Source of the DNA: Dimorphilus gyrociliatus
Taxonomy: Eukaryota; Animalia; Annelida
Direction: 5' to 3'
DNA length: 48,135 bases
Assembly: GCA_904063045.1 (NCBI GenBank)
Contig: CAJFCJ010000090.1
Location: forward strand, 1-48,135
This document shows, in pieces, positions 12,400 through 24,272 of the stretch. The translations under genes were made by a program, and so were the position numbers. A model generated the notes under the pieces. The model had not been told where the DNA came from, did not search any database, and was given only the letters and a program-made list of their open reading frames with translations. The stretch's first letter is position 1. Each line of letters opens with the position of its first letter.

Positions 12400-13600
12400 T
12401 AGAACAGCCTGCTTGTATTATTGGGAAATTTAATAGGCCAGGTAAAAGGATAAAAGCAATCAAATATCTTGTTTCAATAAATGAATCCTGTCCTTTGAAT
12501 GATAGATCTAACATTTTTATTTTTAATTTTCAAGTGAAAATTATAGGAAACTTCAATAATTTTTAATACTTTTCTTGCAAAAACTTGACAACAGAGAAAA
12601 TTGCTCAAAAGTACAATTGATTGCAAAACAAATATCCTCTGACCTTTTAACCCTTTCAGTATAAAATCTCCACTTGCACAACAATTAAAACAAATAGATA
12701 ATAATGGTAAGAAAACAGCAAGCATTGTTAGTATAATATAAATATAGGCTGATAAATTTCTTCTGTATGTTAAAAGTAAGACAGAGCACTCATAAAAGTT
12801 GCTTTTTAAATTATTCTATTATGTCATTGATTAAAGAAGAAGGTGTTATTTTCATTTGAAATATATACAACCTTGATTGGTAATAGTAGGACCGCATTTA
12901 ATATTATTGCCATAAAAAATACTGAAAAATGTGTTACTTGAAAAAGCTTTCTAGATTTTTTAATTAAATTATATCTGTCCAACAGATTCAAAATATCATT
13001 CTTAATATAAGCAAATTGTATAAAAAATAGTGAATTATTTATTAGAAAATGACTGATTATACACAAATTTGAATTGATCCATTTATCATAATATTTCTTG
13101 TAATTTCCATTTTCAAAAGGTAATAGTAAATTTATTAGTAGAATGTGTGCTAATATTCCAAAATCAGTTAGGTGACTAAACACTATTAAAAACTTGTTAT
13201 TCCTTAAAAAAATTACTTGAAAAATGATATATGTCAATGAAGTAATGCATATTATCCAACTTATTGATCTAATTATTGTCAGTAGCATTAGATTTCTATT
13301 AAATTTCCTTACAGAAACTTTCCAATTACACTTTTTTAAATTCTGTACCATATTTACATAATTACATAATATTTTATGACTAGTTTGTAAATGTTTTAAG
13401 TGTTTTAAATTTTCAAAAAAATCAATTCTAAATTGATGTAAATGATATTTTCTTATAAAAATTGAAATTGTTTCTAAATGATTTAATTTTGAGAAAATAT
13501 CTCTTTCAACCAACTCAAATTCATTTCCAAAGAATTCTAAATAGAATAACTTTTTCAAATATATAAAACAATTTTTTCTTAAAAACTTTAAATTATTTGT
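12400..13600 (-). pseudogene. Divergent LRR-7TM GPCR (LGR type C/GRL101-like), 5'-truncated and probably degenerate
   Basis: LRRs (LKKLFYLEFFGN, LNHLETISI, LKHLKHLQT), hinge ILCNY..C, IIRSISWII (TM1), TM2-4 with WINSNLC, TM5-6 in 12474-12725, TM7-like LIAFILLPGLLNFPII at ~12410-12465. The TM6/TM7 splice phase does not resolve. Confidence 0.75.
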
Positions 13601-13689
13601 GCACTTAGATATAATGATATATCAATACTTAGACTTTAGATATAAGGGTACATTAGAAAGACTTCTATTTTATAAGAATTAGACTGGTG

Positions 13690-13760
13690 CAACAATAGAA
13701 ATACTTATATTTCGTAGGAATTATAGTGGTGGAACTTTAGAAAGACTTTTATTTCGTAGT
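13690..13760 (-). repeat. 41-bp minisatellite copy (inverted)
   Basis: Reverse complement reads CTACGAAATAAAAGTCTTTCTAAAGTTCCACCACTATAATTCCTACGAAAT, matching 3296-3461. Confidence 0.65.
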
Positions 13761-13782
13761 GTTAGCTTTTAGTAAAGTTGAT

Positions 13783-16700
13783 CATACACATGGTAACACA
13801 ATTGGTAAATATGCATGTGTTGAAGCATCTCTTAGTAGTAAAGGTCATTTTGCTGAATTAATATCGCCATATTTCATTTGGAAAAAAAAAATTTACTGTT
13901 TTAAATTATTTTATCATATTTTGGGTAATTTCAATTGGACTGGTAAAATTGAAATTTTTGGCTATTATAAAGGAATCGGAACCAGATTATTTAAACATTC
14001 ACACAGTCTTGGTGATAGATGGAATGATTTATCTATTAATTTGAATTCATCTTTAAAAAATATTCATAAGGTTTTTTTTTTGCTGTTCTTTCATTCATTC
14101 AATGAATTTGGTGTTATTTGTTTGTTTTTTCCTAGATCACAATTAGAGAAATGTCAGCTGGCGATTATAGAGGTGATATTGCAATTGATGATATATCTTT
14201 GACTTGTGGGCTTTGCTCGAATATACCACCTCTTCCAATGAATCCTGGGCAATTGAGTTGTAATTTTGAAACTAGTTTCTGCTCTTGGAGCGTTTCCAAG
14301 CATTTCGACTGTCCTAAAAGTAACTACGATTGGAAAAGACACTGCAGACCTACTCCAACCAACAATACGGGACCAAGCATGGATTCTTCCAATGCTATGG
14401 GCTATTACATTTACATGGAAGCTAGCAATAGTGAAGAAGGCTCATCAAGCGAATTGAAATCTCGTATCTTTGACCGTGGAGGTAGGAATTATTGCCTACA
14501 AATTTCTTATCATATGTATGGTTCTGATAACAAGATTGGAAAACTGGAAATTTTTTCAACCTATAGAGGAGTGCTGAAAAATAATATTTTTAAAAAAGAT
14601 CATAACATTGGAAATCAATGGAATAAACTCTATATTCCTCTTAAATCTAGTGAGGATGTTGACCAACTTATTATTAAAGCGACATCTGGCGGCAATGAAA
14701 AATGTGATATTGCCTTAGATGACTTAATCATTAGAGAAGGTAGTTGTCCTGGTATTGAAGAAAAAAAACTCTTATGCACATTCCAGAATGATTTATGTGG
14801 TTTTAAACTATTTTGGCAAAATGCCAACTGGCAATTTATTAGAAGTAATTTATCCATTCAGTCAATTTCACCTTACAATGGAAGTCAGTTAAATTATTCT
14901 TTTAAAAATAAACTGCCAGTTTTTATATTATAAAAATGTTTCTATTTTTAGAATATTGTTTAAGAATCTCATCTTCAAAATTCCATTCAAACAATATTGC
15001 TACCTTATCAACAGGATTGAAAAAATTGACTGGAATCAGTTGCTTTTCATTCTATTATAATATTATAAATTTAAATGAACTAGGTGGTGCAAATTTGAAT
15101 ATTCAAATAAGGGACACAAAAAATGGTCCAATATTTTCGCTCAGTTCATTAAAAACAACAAATGGCATTTGGAAGAAACAGGAAATACAAATATCTTCAA
15201 AATCTTATGAGGTTTTCGTCTTTTTTCATTAACTTCCTAACTACAAGACATTTCTCTATTTATAGATATTCATTCAAGCTATTCAAGGATACTGGAATGA
15301 AAATCATATTGCTCTCGATTATTTCCAAATCAATAGTGGAAAATGTTCCAGGTTCAATCCAATTATTTATCCAGTGCCAAAGAAAAGTATGACGCTTATT
15401 TTTTTTGAGTATATTTGAATTTTTGAACATAAACAAACAAACAAACAAACCTACAAACATACTTTTCCTATCAGGCGAAAATGTTAATTGTAATTTTAAC
15501 ACTCATCTATGTGGCTACCAATTGAATTTATTACATAATGATCAATTTTTACTGGACTAGAAGACCATTGGGAATTGATAATTTAGGTTTGAATTTTCTC
15601 TTTGCCAAATCTAAAAACACCAATCTATTACATCATTTTTTTTTACAAATTGTTTTCTTTTTCCATAGATTACGGCTTGCAAATTGGTGGTATCACTGTA
15701 AAAAATGACTCATTTGCGTCTTTCACCTCTCCCATATTTTCTTCTTCATCTGCCAATAGATGTCTCTCTTTTAGTTTGAAGGAATTGGTTGTTCCTGGCC
15801 AATCAAATGGAGTTTTACCAAAAATTTTTGTTTATTTCAGAGAAGAGGGTATGAAATCATTTAGGTAAAATAAATAAAGAAAAGGAAATATTCAAATATA
15901 AATTTTAACTTTTGAATTCTTTGTTATTGTTGCAGATTTTCAGAAGAATTTATCTTCTCACAAAAAGGAAGTTGCAGTGAAAATATTAACTCAACTTATC
16001 TAAGAACTTTAAAGAGTAATGTTGAACAATTTCAAATTGTTGCCCAAGCTTCCAAAAATCAACAAATCAGAATTATATCAATTAGTGAAATATTTTTGAA
16101 AAGTAGTGTTTGTTACTCGGATAACGGTTGGAAAAGAATCTTAAAAACTTAAGCACAAACAATCAATCCATTCGTTTTTTTTTCAGATTTAAATAAAATT
16201 GGATTAAACCCACCAAGATGTGGTTTAACTTCCGATACACAATTTATTATTGGTGGATCATCTTCAAATATTGCAGATTTTCCATGGCAGGTAATAAATA
16301 TTAAAATTTCCATTTTCTAATCCCAAATTGAATATTCATTTGAAAAAAAAAACCAAATTTTTGATTAGGCAACAGTTGCATTCAAGAGACATGGTACAGT
16401 TTGGCTTTGTGGCGGAACATTGATCCATGAAAGATTCGTTCTAACTGATGCTGATTGCATTGATCCGAAGTAAATTGATGATTGTCCTCTAACTGAGTAG
16501 TAAAAATGATTTACCTTCTTTTAATAGGGATAGTCCATTTACAGTATATTTGGGATCAAACCGGCTTCTCCAAGGTACTAGATACACTTCAAAAACTGTT
16601 TTTGTCCATTCAAGCAATAATGATAAATATAAATTTGGTATTGTGCCGGTAAAATTGGACAGAAAGGTTACACTTTCAAATTACATAAATATAGCCTGTT

Positions 16701-17218
16701 TAAGGAGGCATCCACTAAATGGAAATGAAAATTACACTTGCATTGCAACTGGTTTTGGTTCAAGTAATCCAAACAGTTAGTAGAGAGTTACATTTCTATC
16801 ATCTTTGAATTTTGGGTTTGTTTTCTTTGTTTTCCAGCTCCAACATTAGCAAGTCAATCATTGTTAAAAGCTCAACTTTATCTAAAAAATGAAACGTTTT
16901 GTTCAGCAGCTTTAAAGACTATGAATAAAAATATTAATCTAACATATCCACAAATGATTTGTCTGTGGAATAATAATTACAAACAAACCTGTAATGTGAG
17001 TAAAAAATTAATAATAATTACCAGTTTTGTTTAATTGGTAAACTAACTGGCAGGGTGATGGAGGTAGTCCACTATCTTGTAAAATTGGTAATAGATGGGT
17101 AGTTCCAGGAGTTGTTTCCACAGTTCTAGAGCCTTGTAATAATAAATTATCGTTATATACGCAAGCCTTATACTACTTTGATTGGATTGCTATGATTATC
17201 TCACAAAATACTTGCTAA
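13783..17218 (+). CDS. MAM x4 plus trypsin-like serine-protease homologue (catalytic residues substituted); 5' end not found; one +1 frameshift
   Basis: MAM motifs (DHT.G...G.Y..VEAS, CNFETSFCSW, GYYIYMEAS, DIAIDD/DIALDD, CTFQNDLCGF, CNFNTHLCGY), then IIGG..FPWQ, CGGTLI, LTDADC and CNGDGGSPL. About 11 short GT-AG introns splice in phase. Frameshift in the T5 run at 15546-15550. Confidence 0.9.
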
Positions 17219-17279
17219 GGAATTAACCAGAAAATTGAATTCAAACACTCTAAACAACAACCTTTCTACTCTAATTTTT

Positions 17280-17850
17280 CGTACTCTAATACACCTATTG
17301 ATTGAAAAGATAAAACAATTTTTTGGATTGTTGTCAGTCAAAGTAGTTCCAATAAAATGAGGATGGTTTTCTCCTCAGAAATTCCCTGATGTCTTTTTTT
17401 TAGGTCGTCTAAATTATCATAGTCAACTCCTCTGTTATGATCTTTTAGTCATCCAAATGAGTAATAGTCAGATGAAGCCAAATTAGTATGGGGGATGGGG
17501 GACATATAAACCATCACTGATTCTTAATAAAATCTGTCGTGTATAGACTTGAATGGGGTTTGGCATTATTGTGTTGTAAAATGATCTGTTTTACAGGCCT
17601 TATCCTATGTTTTCTCCTCCTTAATCTCTTTAGGGTCTCCATGTACTGTATGGAGTTGACTGTTCTGCCATAATTCACGAGTTCATTATAGATTAAGCCT
17701 GAACAATCCTAGAAAACAGAACACATCAGTTTCTCTGCTGATTTGGACATTTTTAGCTTTTTTTCAGGTGGAGACAAGGTGTGTTTATATGTCAAAGAAG
17801 CCATCTTTGATTCAGGATCAAACCCAAGATTCATCTCCAGTAATGATTTT
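17280..17850 (-). mobile_element. Decayed mariner (Tc1/mariner) transposase
   Basis: ITGDESW, DPESK, KLMCSVF*D..G.I, TVNSIQY, LQHNNAKPH, HPPY; multiple stops. Confidence 0.88.
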
Positions 17851-17861
17851 TTCAATATTGA

Positions 17862-17920
17862 ATCAGTATTGTACTATACAGATAGTACTGATAGAGATAA
17901 GCAGTATTGACCTAATTTCT
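17862..17920 (+). mobile_element. Family-B LTR fragment
   Basis: CAGTATTGTACTATACAGATAGTACTGATAGAGATAAGCAGTATTGACCTA matches 26847-26900. Confidence 0.6.
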
Positions 17921-17990
17921 TGAATTTTTCTATACACAGCTTGGCTCCAATGAAATGCACATCCTCTTATGAATATTGCTGGATAAATAG
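17915..17990 (-). mobile_element. MULE transposase fragment (CxxH motif)
   Basis: Minus frame IRGCAFHWSQAVYRKIQEI. Confidence 0.55.
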
Positions 17991-18399
17991 ATTTTATTTG
18001 GCGAATATACAAATTCAAATGAATCTATAATTTGAAATTGGAAAGTGATATACTGTCTCAATGGATTTTGAGTTAGTCAAAGTTAAATATGTTCATTCAA
18101 TATTGGAATATATTTGAAAAAACAAAATTCAAAAGTTCTTGAACCAATCACACTGTCAGACCTAACTTAGCCAAAGCCAAAGAGTATCAAGTTCTTGTGT
18201 TCAAGCCATGTTGAAATATTATTCAACTGGTTTAAAGTTGCATTGATAGCAACTACTGTCTCTTTAAAGTTTGGTCCAGTTTTTGACATGCAGGAACCAA
18301 ATCTGATATGACAATACATGAACAGTTGGAAAGTTCTTGATTTGGAACATTTTTCTATTCAAGAAATAAATAACCACTAATATTTTAAGCATGATTTTC

Positions 18400-19260
18400 A
18401 AGAGTGAAAATGTTAAACTCTTAGTGTTCTACACTTTCTCTACATTTCCAACAGTTTTGAATCTCATATGTCTACTTTATGGATTCTTTACTAATACTGA
18501 GATGATTCTGGTTAATCAATCGAAAAAGCTGAGAGAACTGGTAGTTGAACAATATAATACAACAGATATTCAAGACAAATGTATTCAATGCAAAGATCCA
18601 AAAGGGTAAACAAAAACTAAAAAGGTTATCCAATTATTGATCTATTTGAAAGAAATGAAAAATGTAACAGCACAAATTGTCCACATGGATTCTATCTGTG
18701 TTTTCGCTACAAATATTGCATTTCCATTGAAAATATATGTGATGTAACTGATATTAGCAGTGATAGGGTTAGTGATGACATCACTACTCAAAGTAACGTT
18801 GACCAATATTCTTCTTCCTTTAATCCCCCATTATTGTTCACAAAAGATTATAGAACAATTGAGAAATGAAAGAGAAATGATTGAATGAGTTCATTGCAAA
18901 TGTTTGAAATTCCATATTCCATTGTGGTAGTGAAATTTTTTTACAACCTTCCTTGTACAATATATTTAATAACTGTCCTTATCAGGATGTAATGTGTAAA
19001 ATATAGTGCCATCTGTATTATAATTTATGCAAATAGGAAATTACTGTGTAGACTCTCAAAATACAATTCCATGAAGTTGATTAATTGATACAATGCTCTT
19101 TTTTTTTCAAATGCAAAGTAGTTTGTCAATTGGTGTGTTAGGTTTAAAATATCTTGATCTTCATGATTCCTCAATCAATCAAGTGCGAGAAGCAAAAGGA
19201 AATGAAAATTGACTTTCCAAGTTAACTCTTTTCAAAGTGAAAATTTTGGATAAATAATCT
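18400..19260 (+). pseudogene. Decayed LDLa/LRR (GRL101-like) fragment
   Basis: NCPHGFYLCFRYKYCISIENICD (~18670-18745) and LKYLDLHDSSI (~19145-19180), with many stops. Confidence 0.45.
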
Positions 19261-19307
19261 CCGTCTTTCAAGTGAGACTAATCACCTATTTTTTTACAAT
19301 TGCAGAA

Positions 19308-20813
19308 TTATGATACATTTGTTATATTATAATGACATATCTTTAGATTTTCATCTGTGCCTGTAAATCCTTTAATATATACAGCTTGGCAGTATTCTTG
19401 ACTGCAATTGCAATAGTAGACACAAAAAGTGATGTTGTTTCCATCAATCAATTGACAAGCATGATATCTGCCCAGAAAAACTGGATTTGGTTGAAAATCA
19501 CTGGGAATATAGGCTAATACTCCTGATGGTAATAGACCTTTAGTAGTATCAATGCAATTTTGTAAATTCTCTCCTTTAATTCGAATTTGAAAATTTGTCC
19601 ATTCAGATTCAATAGAAGGCCATGGAATTCTTAAATTAAAAACTTTACCAGTTTCCACAGAGATACAAGTTCCGTTGTTTTCATTGTCAGTGATATCTGT
19701 GATTTTTTGACTCTTAGGATTGTTTTCATTCAAAAATTGGCGCATTAATGCAAGTTTCAATTATGATATACTGCCTTTTAACTGCACTCTGAAAATTGCA
19801 ATTAGATGGTGAAGTACTTAGCTGATAACAGTTCTTATTAGTATTTTCAGAAACATCATTTTACAACTTGGATCATTTTTGCACAGGTTACAATTTCGTA
19901 TTCCAACTGGCTGCGAGATGTCCACTCGGTGACAGTCTGAACTATAGCAAGTTAGGGATTTCAAAGTGTGTCTCTGATATACATAATTTCCTGAGAATGA
20001 TAAACCAGGATGTTGTTCGCACACACCAGAATTTAAGATACAAACTGTCGTAATATCTCTATAAGTGAAACAATTACAATTTATGTTTTGTAAGCAGTTT
20101 TTAGCGCAGTCTTTTAAAGATATTGCGCTAAATATCGCCAATTTTGGAAAATCTTTTGCAAGTCTCCGAATTTTTAAAAATCCAGGTATAAATGTATTGT
20201 CATAATAACATTTTCCATTTGAATAACAACATCCATAAACATTACAATGAGTAAGATCAGTTTCAGTTGATCCACATATTGTTTTTAGACTGCTTTAAGC
20301 ATTCTATTGCATTGACAACAGGCCCTGTAAAGGAATGGAAATGATTCTTAAAATTACAAGAATGATGTCATTCAAAATGGCAAAATTACTGCAAATTCCC
20401 GATTTCGGTCCAAGATAGTTTGATTGAGAATCTTCCACAAAATTTTCAGGTGACAAGTACTTATCAGCCGAATTTATATAACAAGCACTTTTATCATAAT
20501 TAATTGATCTATGAAAAATAAACTGGTAGTTGGAAAATTAAAGAAAAAGAAGGATACTTACTTGCAAGCTGTGTTACTAATACATTGAAATTTACATTCT
20601 TCAATGGATATTGCAGGTGTTGTAGCCAAAATATTATTAATCATTTTAAAACCTTCAATCTCTTCAGTAAAGCAAACTAAATTCAATTGAAACAAACAAT
20701 TTTTAAAATTTTGAAATTTGAAAAAATGAAAATTTTAGTTACTGTTTGATCTGGAAAAAGAATATTGCAGTTGACTTAGTAAAGACAATATCAAGAAAAA
20801 AATTTCCACCATA
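19308..20813 (-). pseudogene. Secreted PAN/Apple-trefoil-PAN-Cys-rich protein, apparently frameshifted
   Basis: Signal MVEIFFLILSLLSQLQYSFS; PAN1 SIEECKFQCISNTAC; trefoil-like CGSTETDLTHCNVYGCCYSNGKCYY; PAN2 SLKDCAKNCLQNINCNCFTY; C-terminal Cys-rich exon 19308-19760. Two frameshifts in A-runs and an apparent in-frame stop near 19770. Confidence 0.6.
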
Positions 20814-20975
20814 TTTCAACTTGGTCTTCTACATTTTCTAAACAGAAAGTAAAAATCTCCTCTAAACTCAATAAGTTAAAATGTCAACTTGTCAATTTTT
20901 TATATACTCTTTGTTCAAATGTTCGTTATGTTAAATAAAAAGAAATCGGCACACTTGTATATGCTTGTTGTTTAT

Positions 20976-21182
20976 GGATACAACAGAAAATGTCCACAAA
21001 TGAGTGCTTTTACCCTAACCCTAACCCAGCCCTTAGCTGTACCTAACCTTTTCCATTACCCCTAACCCTTAGAGGAGACCCTCCTAACTACAAATCAGTT
21101 GCTGTTTTCTTCTGCCTAACCATTTTTCAATCCAAATTTTTCTCTTGAAATTTCTTATTTGTGCACGTTTTCTGTCAACCCC
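20976..21182 (-). mobile_element. 207-bp TTAGGG-bearing MITE
   Basis: Imperfect TIR GGATACAACAGAAAA/TTTTCTGTCAACCCC, flanked by (G/A)TTGTTTAT, with internal CCCTAA motifs. Confidence 0.85.
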
Positions 21183-21343
21183 ATTGTTTATGACTGTATT
21201 ATATTTTGTATATGGCTTTCAACACCATCTGATACATGTTTAATAACAGATCAGCATAAAATATTCTGCATTCTTTATATTAGTATTAGATGATCAGATT
21301 GTCAGTTATTTATATAAAAAATTGTTTAGATTTTAACGAATCC

Positions 21344-21885
21344 TTAATAGGTGACCTTTGTCGGGATCTTAGTAGCATTCCTGAAAACCATTAGAAGTTG
21401 AAGCTCTCTAACTCTTACAGCAACACAGGCCATTTCCATAGTTTTGAATGGTAGGAATTTTTCTACAAGTTCTTTACTTCTTTTAACAAAACTCTTAACA
21501 GTTTCCTCATCAAACTGTTTCAATCTGTCAATATCTTTTTTAAAAGCCATAGGATCTGAATTGAATTCTTCATTCAATGAATCCCAAATTTCATTTTCAG
21601 TTGCCATGGAAGGTAAGCTTTCAAAAACATCTGACTCTTCAGGTAGTGTATTTTCTCAGCATTAAAATTCTTTTCTCCTCTGTATCCCAAAGGTTTAATT
21701 TACAAGCTGTTTAAAAGTTCCTCTTAAAGGCCCCAGTATCTTTGCTACCTGAATAGGGTCTCAGCAAAGTAGTAATAGGTTTCTCATTAGCATCAAAAGA
21801 CTTGTAATTGTCTTTTCCAAAACACTTTCTTGAATCCCAGAATTACTGAATTTTGGTTGAATAGGATCAGGATTAACCACACCTT
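21344..21885 (-). mobile_element. Decayed LTR-retrotransposon gag (capsid) remnant
   Basis: LRPYSG...ACKLNLWD...EIWDSLNEEF...RLKQFDEETVKSFVKR fits the retrotransposon Gag pattern; stops and a frameshift present. Confidence 0.65.
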
Positions 21886-21891
21886 CAGAAA

Positions 21892-22097
21892 GGGGGCTGC
21901 TGAAAACACCTATTTTGCAGTTATTTTGGGGTGAGATTTTGGGTTGGGAAAGGGAAGGAAAAATATTCCAGCAATTGATTTGTAATTAAATGGGTCCAAA
22001 CTAAGGGTTAGGAACAATGAAATGCTTAAAAAAGGGTCCAGGGCTGGGTCAGGGTTAGGGTAAAACCACAAAACTGTGGGCATTTTCAACAACATCC
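21892..22097 (+). mobile_element. Diverged copy of the TTAGGG-bearing MITE
   Basis: GGGGGCTGCTGAAAA...TTTTCAACAACATCC with CTAAGGGTTAGG and AGGGTTAGGGTAAAACCA; no TSD seen. A further end fragment lies at ~23020-23050. Confidence 0.7.
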
Positions 22098-22462
22098 AAT
22101 AAATATTAATAAAGGTAGATAAGAAATTTAAGAGGAAGAACATGTTGATGTGAATTGAAAAATTTCTCATTCTTTTTAGATGTTTGATTGATGTTTGTTA
22201 TTAGAATGGAAGGAATAGATTAGAATTAGATGTCATAGAAAGTAAGAAAGCTGTTTTTTCATTTGAGTTTATTTCCAACATTCATTTGGTTAGTCCAAGG
22301 ATGTAAGGTTGATTTTGGCTAATGAATGGATTGGAAAAAAAGAAATTATATGTGAGTTGTTGGATTAGGTGTAATCCTAAAGTTGATGGAGTGTTTTGAT
22401 ATAAAATATTGTGAAGCTTATATGGAAAATTGATGAAAAAAATACTTATTTTTTGATTTTGG

Positions 22463-22565
22463 CTTAAGAAACAAGGGTTAGAAAATTTGAGATATTTAAA
22501 AGCTCTTTTACAAGCTTAAGAAACAAGAGTTAGATATTTGAGATATTTAAAAGCTCTATTACAAA
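22463..22565 (+). repeat. ~52-bp tandem duplication
   Basis: CTTAAGAAACAAG(G/A)GTTAGA...GAGATATTTAAAAGCTCT(T/A)TTACAA twice. Confidence 0.7.
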
Positions 22566-23254
22566 TTTATACTTGAGGGAACTTTTATAATTTTTAGAAT
22601 TATATAAAATTTGAAAAAAACTAAACACCAACAAACACTTATGCAGCTTACAAAAGGTATACAAAATACTAATAAAATTTACACCAAATTAAAACCTAGT
22701 TAATACCAAAATTAGTACCAAAATTAATAACAAACATCAACAATTAAAAAATTCAGATTCATCATGATAAAGACAACATATTTTCAGTAATATTTAGGAA
22801 TTTCATCATTTGGTTTTAACAACAACAAATTAAACTCTGGAAATCTGTAAAAAGATTTGAGATCATGGTAAGAATATTAGTTTATGTACCAAAATTTGAA
22901 AGCTGTATCTTATGTATTAACAAATTTAGTTATTTTTCTGAGGAATATTTTTTTATTTATATTAGAGTGAGAAAATCATATCCCAGCAACTACTTCTCTG
23001 GTTTTGAATTAATTAAAAACCACAAAACTGGGCAATTTCAACAACATCCCTTCAGGAATTGTAGCTGCCCCAGTTGGTGAATGGTATTTCAAAAAGCTGT
23101 TATCATCAATCTTAGCTCCACTACCCTTAATTCTCAACATTAATTCATTTATTTTAGAGATACTCATCTATTTCCTTTGATCTAGTTTGTCACTTTCATA
23201 ACCCAAAATATCATTCCTTTATGTAGAATTATGGACTGTCAACTGCACCATATC

Positions 23255-23520
23255 TGTACTTTGTTGTATTCTAATTGTAAGAATTTCTGCTTCTTTAGAA
23301 CAGTATTCATCCTTTCCAATCATTTATCAACTTACCAAAGTACTAGTTCAAATAGAACCTTTCAAGTTTGTCCACAAGGAGTCTTAACAAATGTAATTTT
23401 GGTAGAAATCAACAAAATGCCAGTATTTCATTTAAAGAATATGTATTGAGTAAATGAGTGTCTAGTTCTAAACAAGTAAGTTTAAATAACCAGTTAATGG
23501 TCAAAGAACTGAACTGACAA
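23255..23520 (-). mobile_element. Family-B LTR, 3' (R-U5) portion
   Basis: Reverse complement of 27460-27728 including the GTACA end; similarity is lost beyond ~23520. Confidence 0.8.
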
Positions 23521-23768
23521 GCTGGGGAAATGCATTTCCTTTTATATATTTGCCAAACCTTGGGTTCACTTGGTCAAAGGATTACAAAGTTGAAATGTAA
23601 CAGTCTCACAATGCACATATAACAAAATATGAAAAGCTATTGCAACACTTATGCCTATCATGTGACACTGCAAAAACAAGCTTGCCTCTCCATCTGTTTA
23701 TGAATAAGATGTAACAAGTTTGACATGCATTTATACTGTTTGTTCCTTTGTTAATTCCATGGTGCCAC

Positions 23769-23860
23769 CATCTGTTATGGTCAAAGAATCTATTTCCTAT
23801 GAAATAAACGTCTTTTTAAAGTTCTAGACAATAATTCCACTAAATAACAGTCTCTCTGAA
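23769..23860 (+). repeat. 41-bp minisatellite copy with the same leader as 3272
   Basis: CATCTGTTATGGTCAAAGAATCTATTTCCTATGAAATAAACGTCTTTTTAAAGTTCTAG. Confidence 0.6.
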
Positions 23861-24272
23861 AAGCTGCTATCAGAGAGAAAGATATGCCAAACTCAGAAAT
23901 ATAAATATAAGGAATTGCAAGATAAAATTTTTTTAGTTTGGAAAGAATTTGCAAAAAGTAATAAAACAGCTGATGATGTTTTAACAGAAGTTTGCAATGT
24001 GTATTATCCATAACTTTTAAAATACAAGTTCTGATGAGTATGAAATGAATTATCAGAGTTTATATTTCCATTCTTTTAACTTGAGTGTTGTATCAAGGAA
24101 ATATATATGATAATTTATTCATTATAACAATTATCTACTTTGGCAGTAAAACAATATCAAAAGATGGTTTTCATTGAACAACACAATATTTTCAAGTTGA
24201 CCCAATAAACTTTCCTAATCACCTACTTTCCAGGAAATTATAGTCATGGGGGTCAACTGTCCGGGGGTAGTT

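Noticed and set aside
15428-15452. (CAAA)n microsatellite
   Set aside because: Short intronic simple repeat with no further significance.
21010-21075. True or interstitial telomere array
   Set aside because: Only 2-3 CCCTAA units, embedded in a TIR- and TSD-bounded MITE.
24020-24090. Minimal hammerhead ribozyme (CTGATGAGTATGAAA)
   Set aside because: Stem III and the NUH cleavage triplet do not pair correctly, and there is only one copy.
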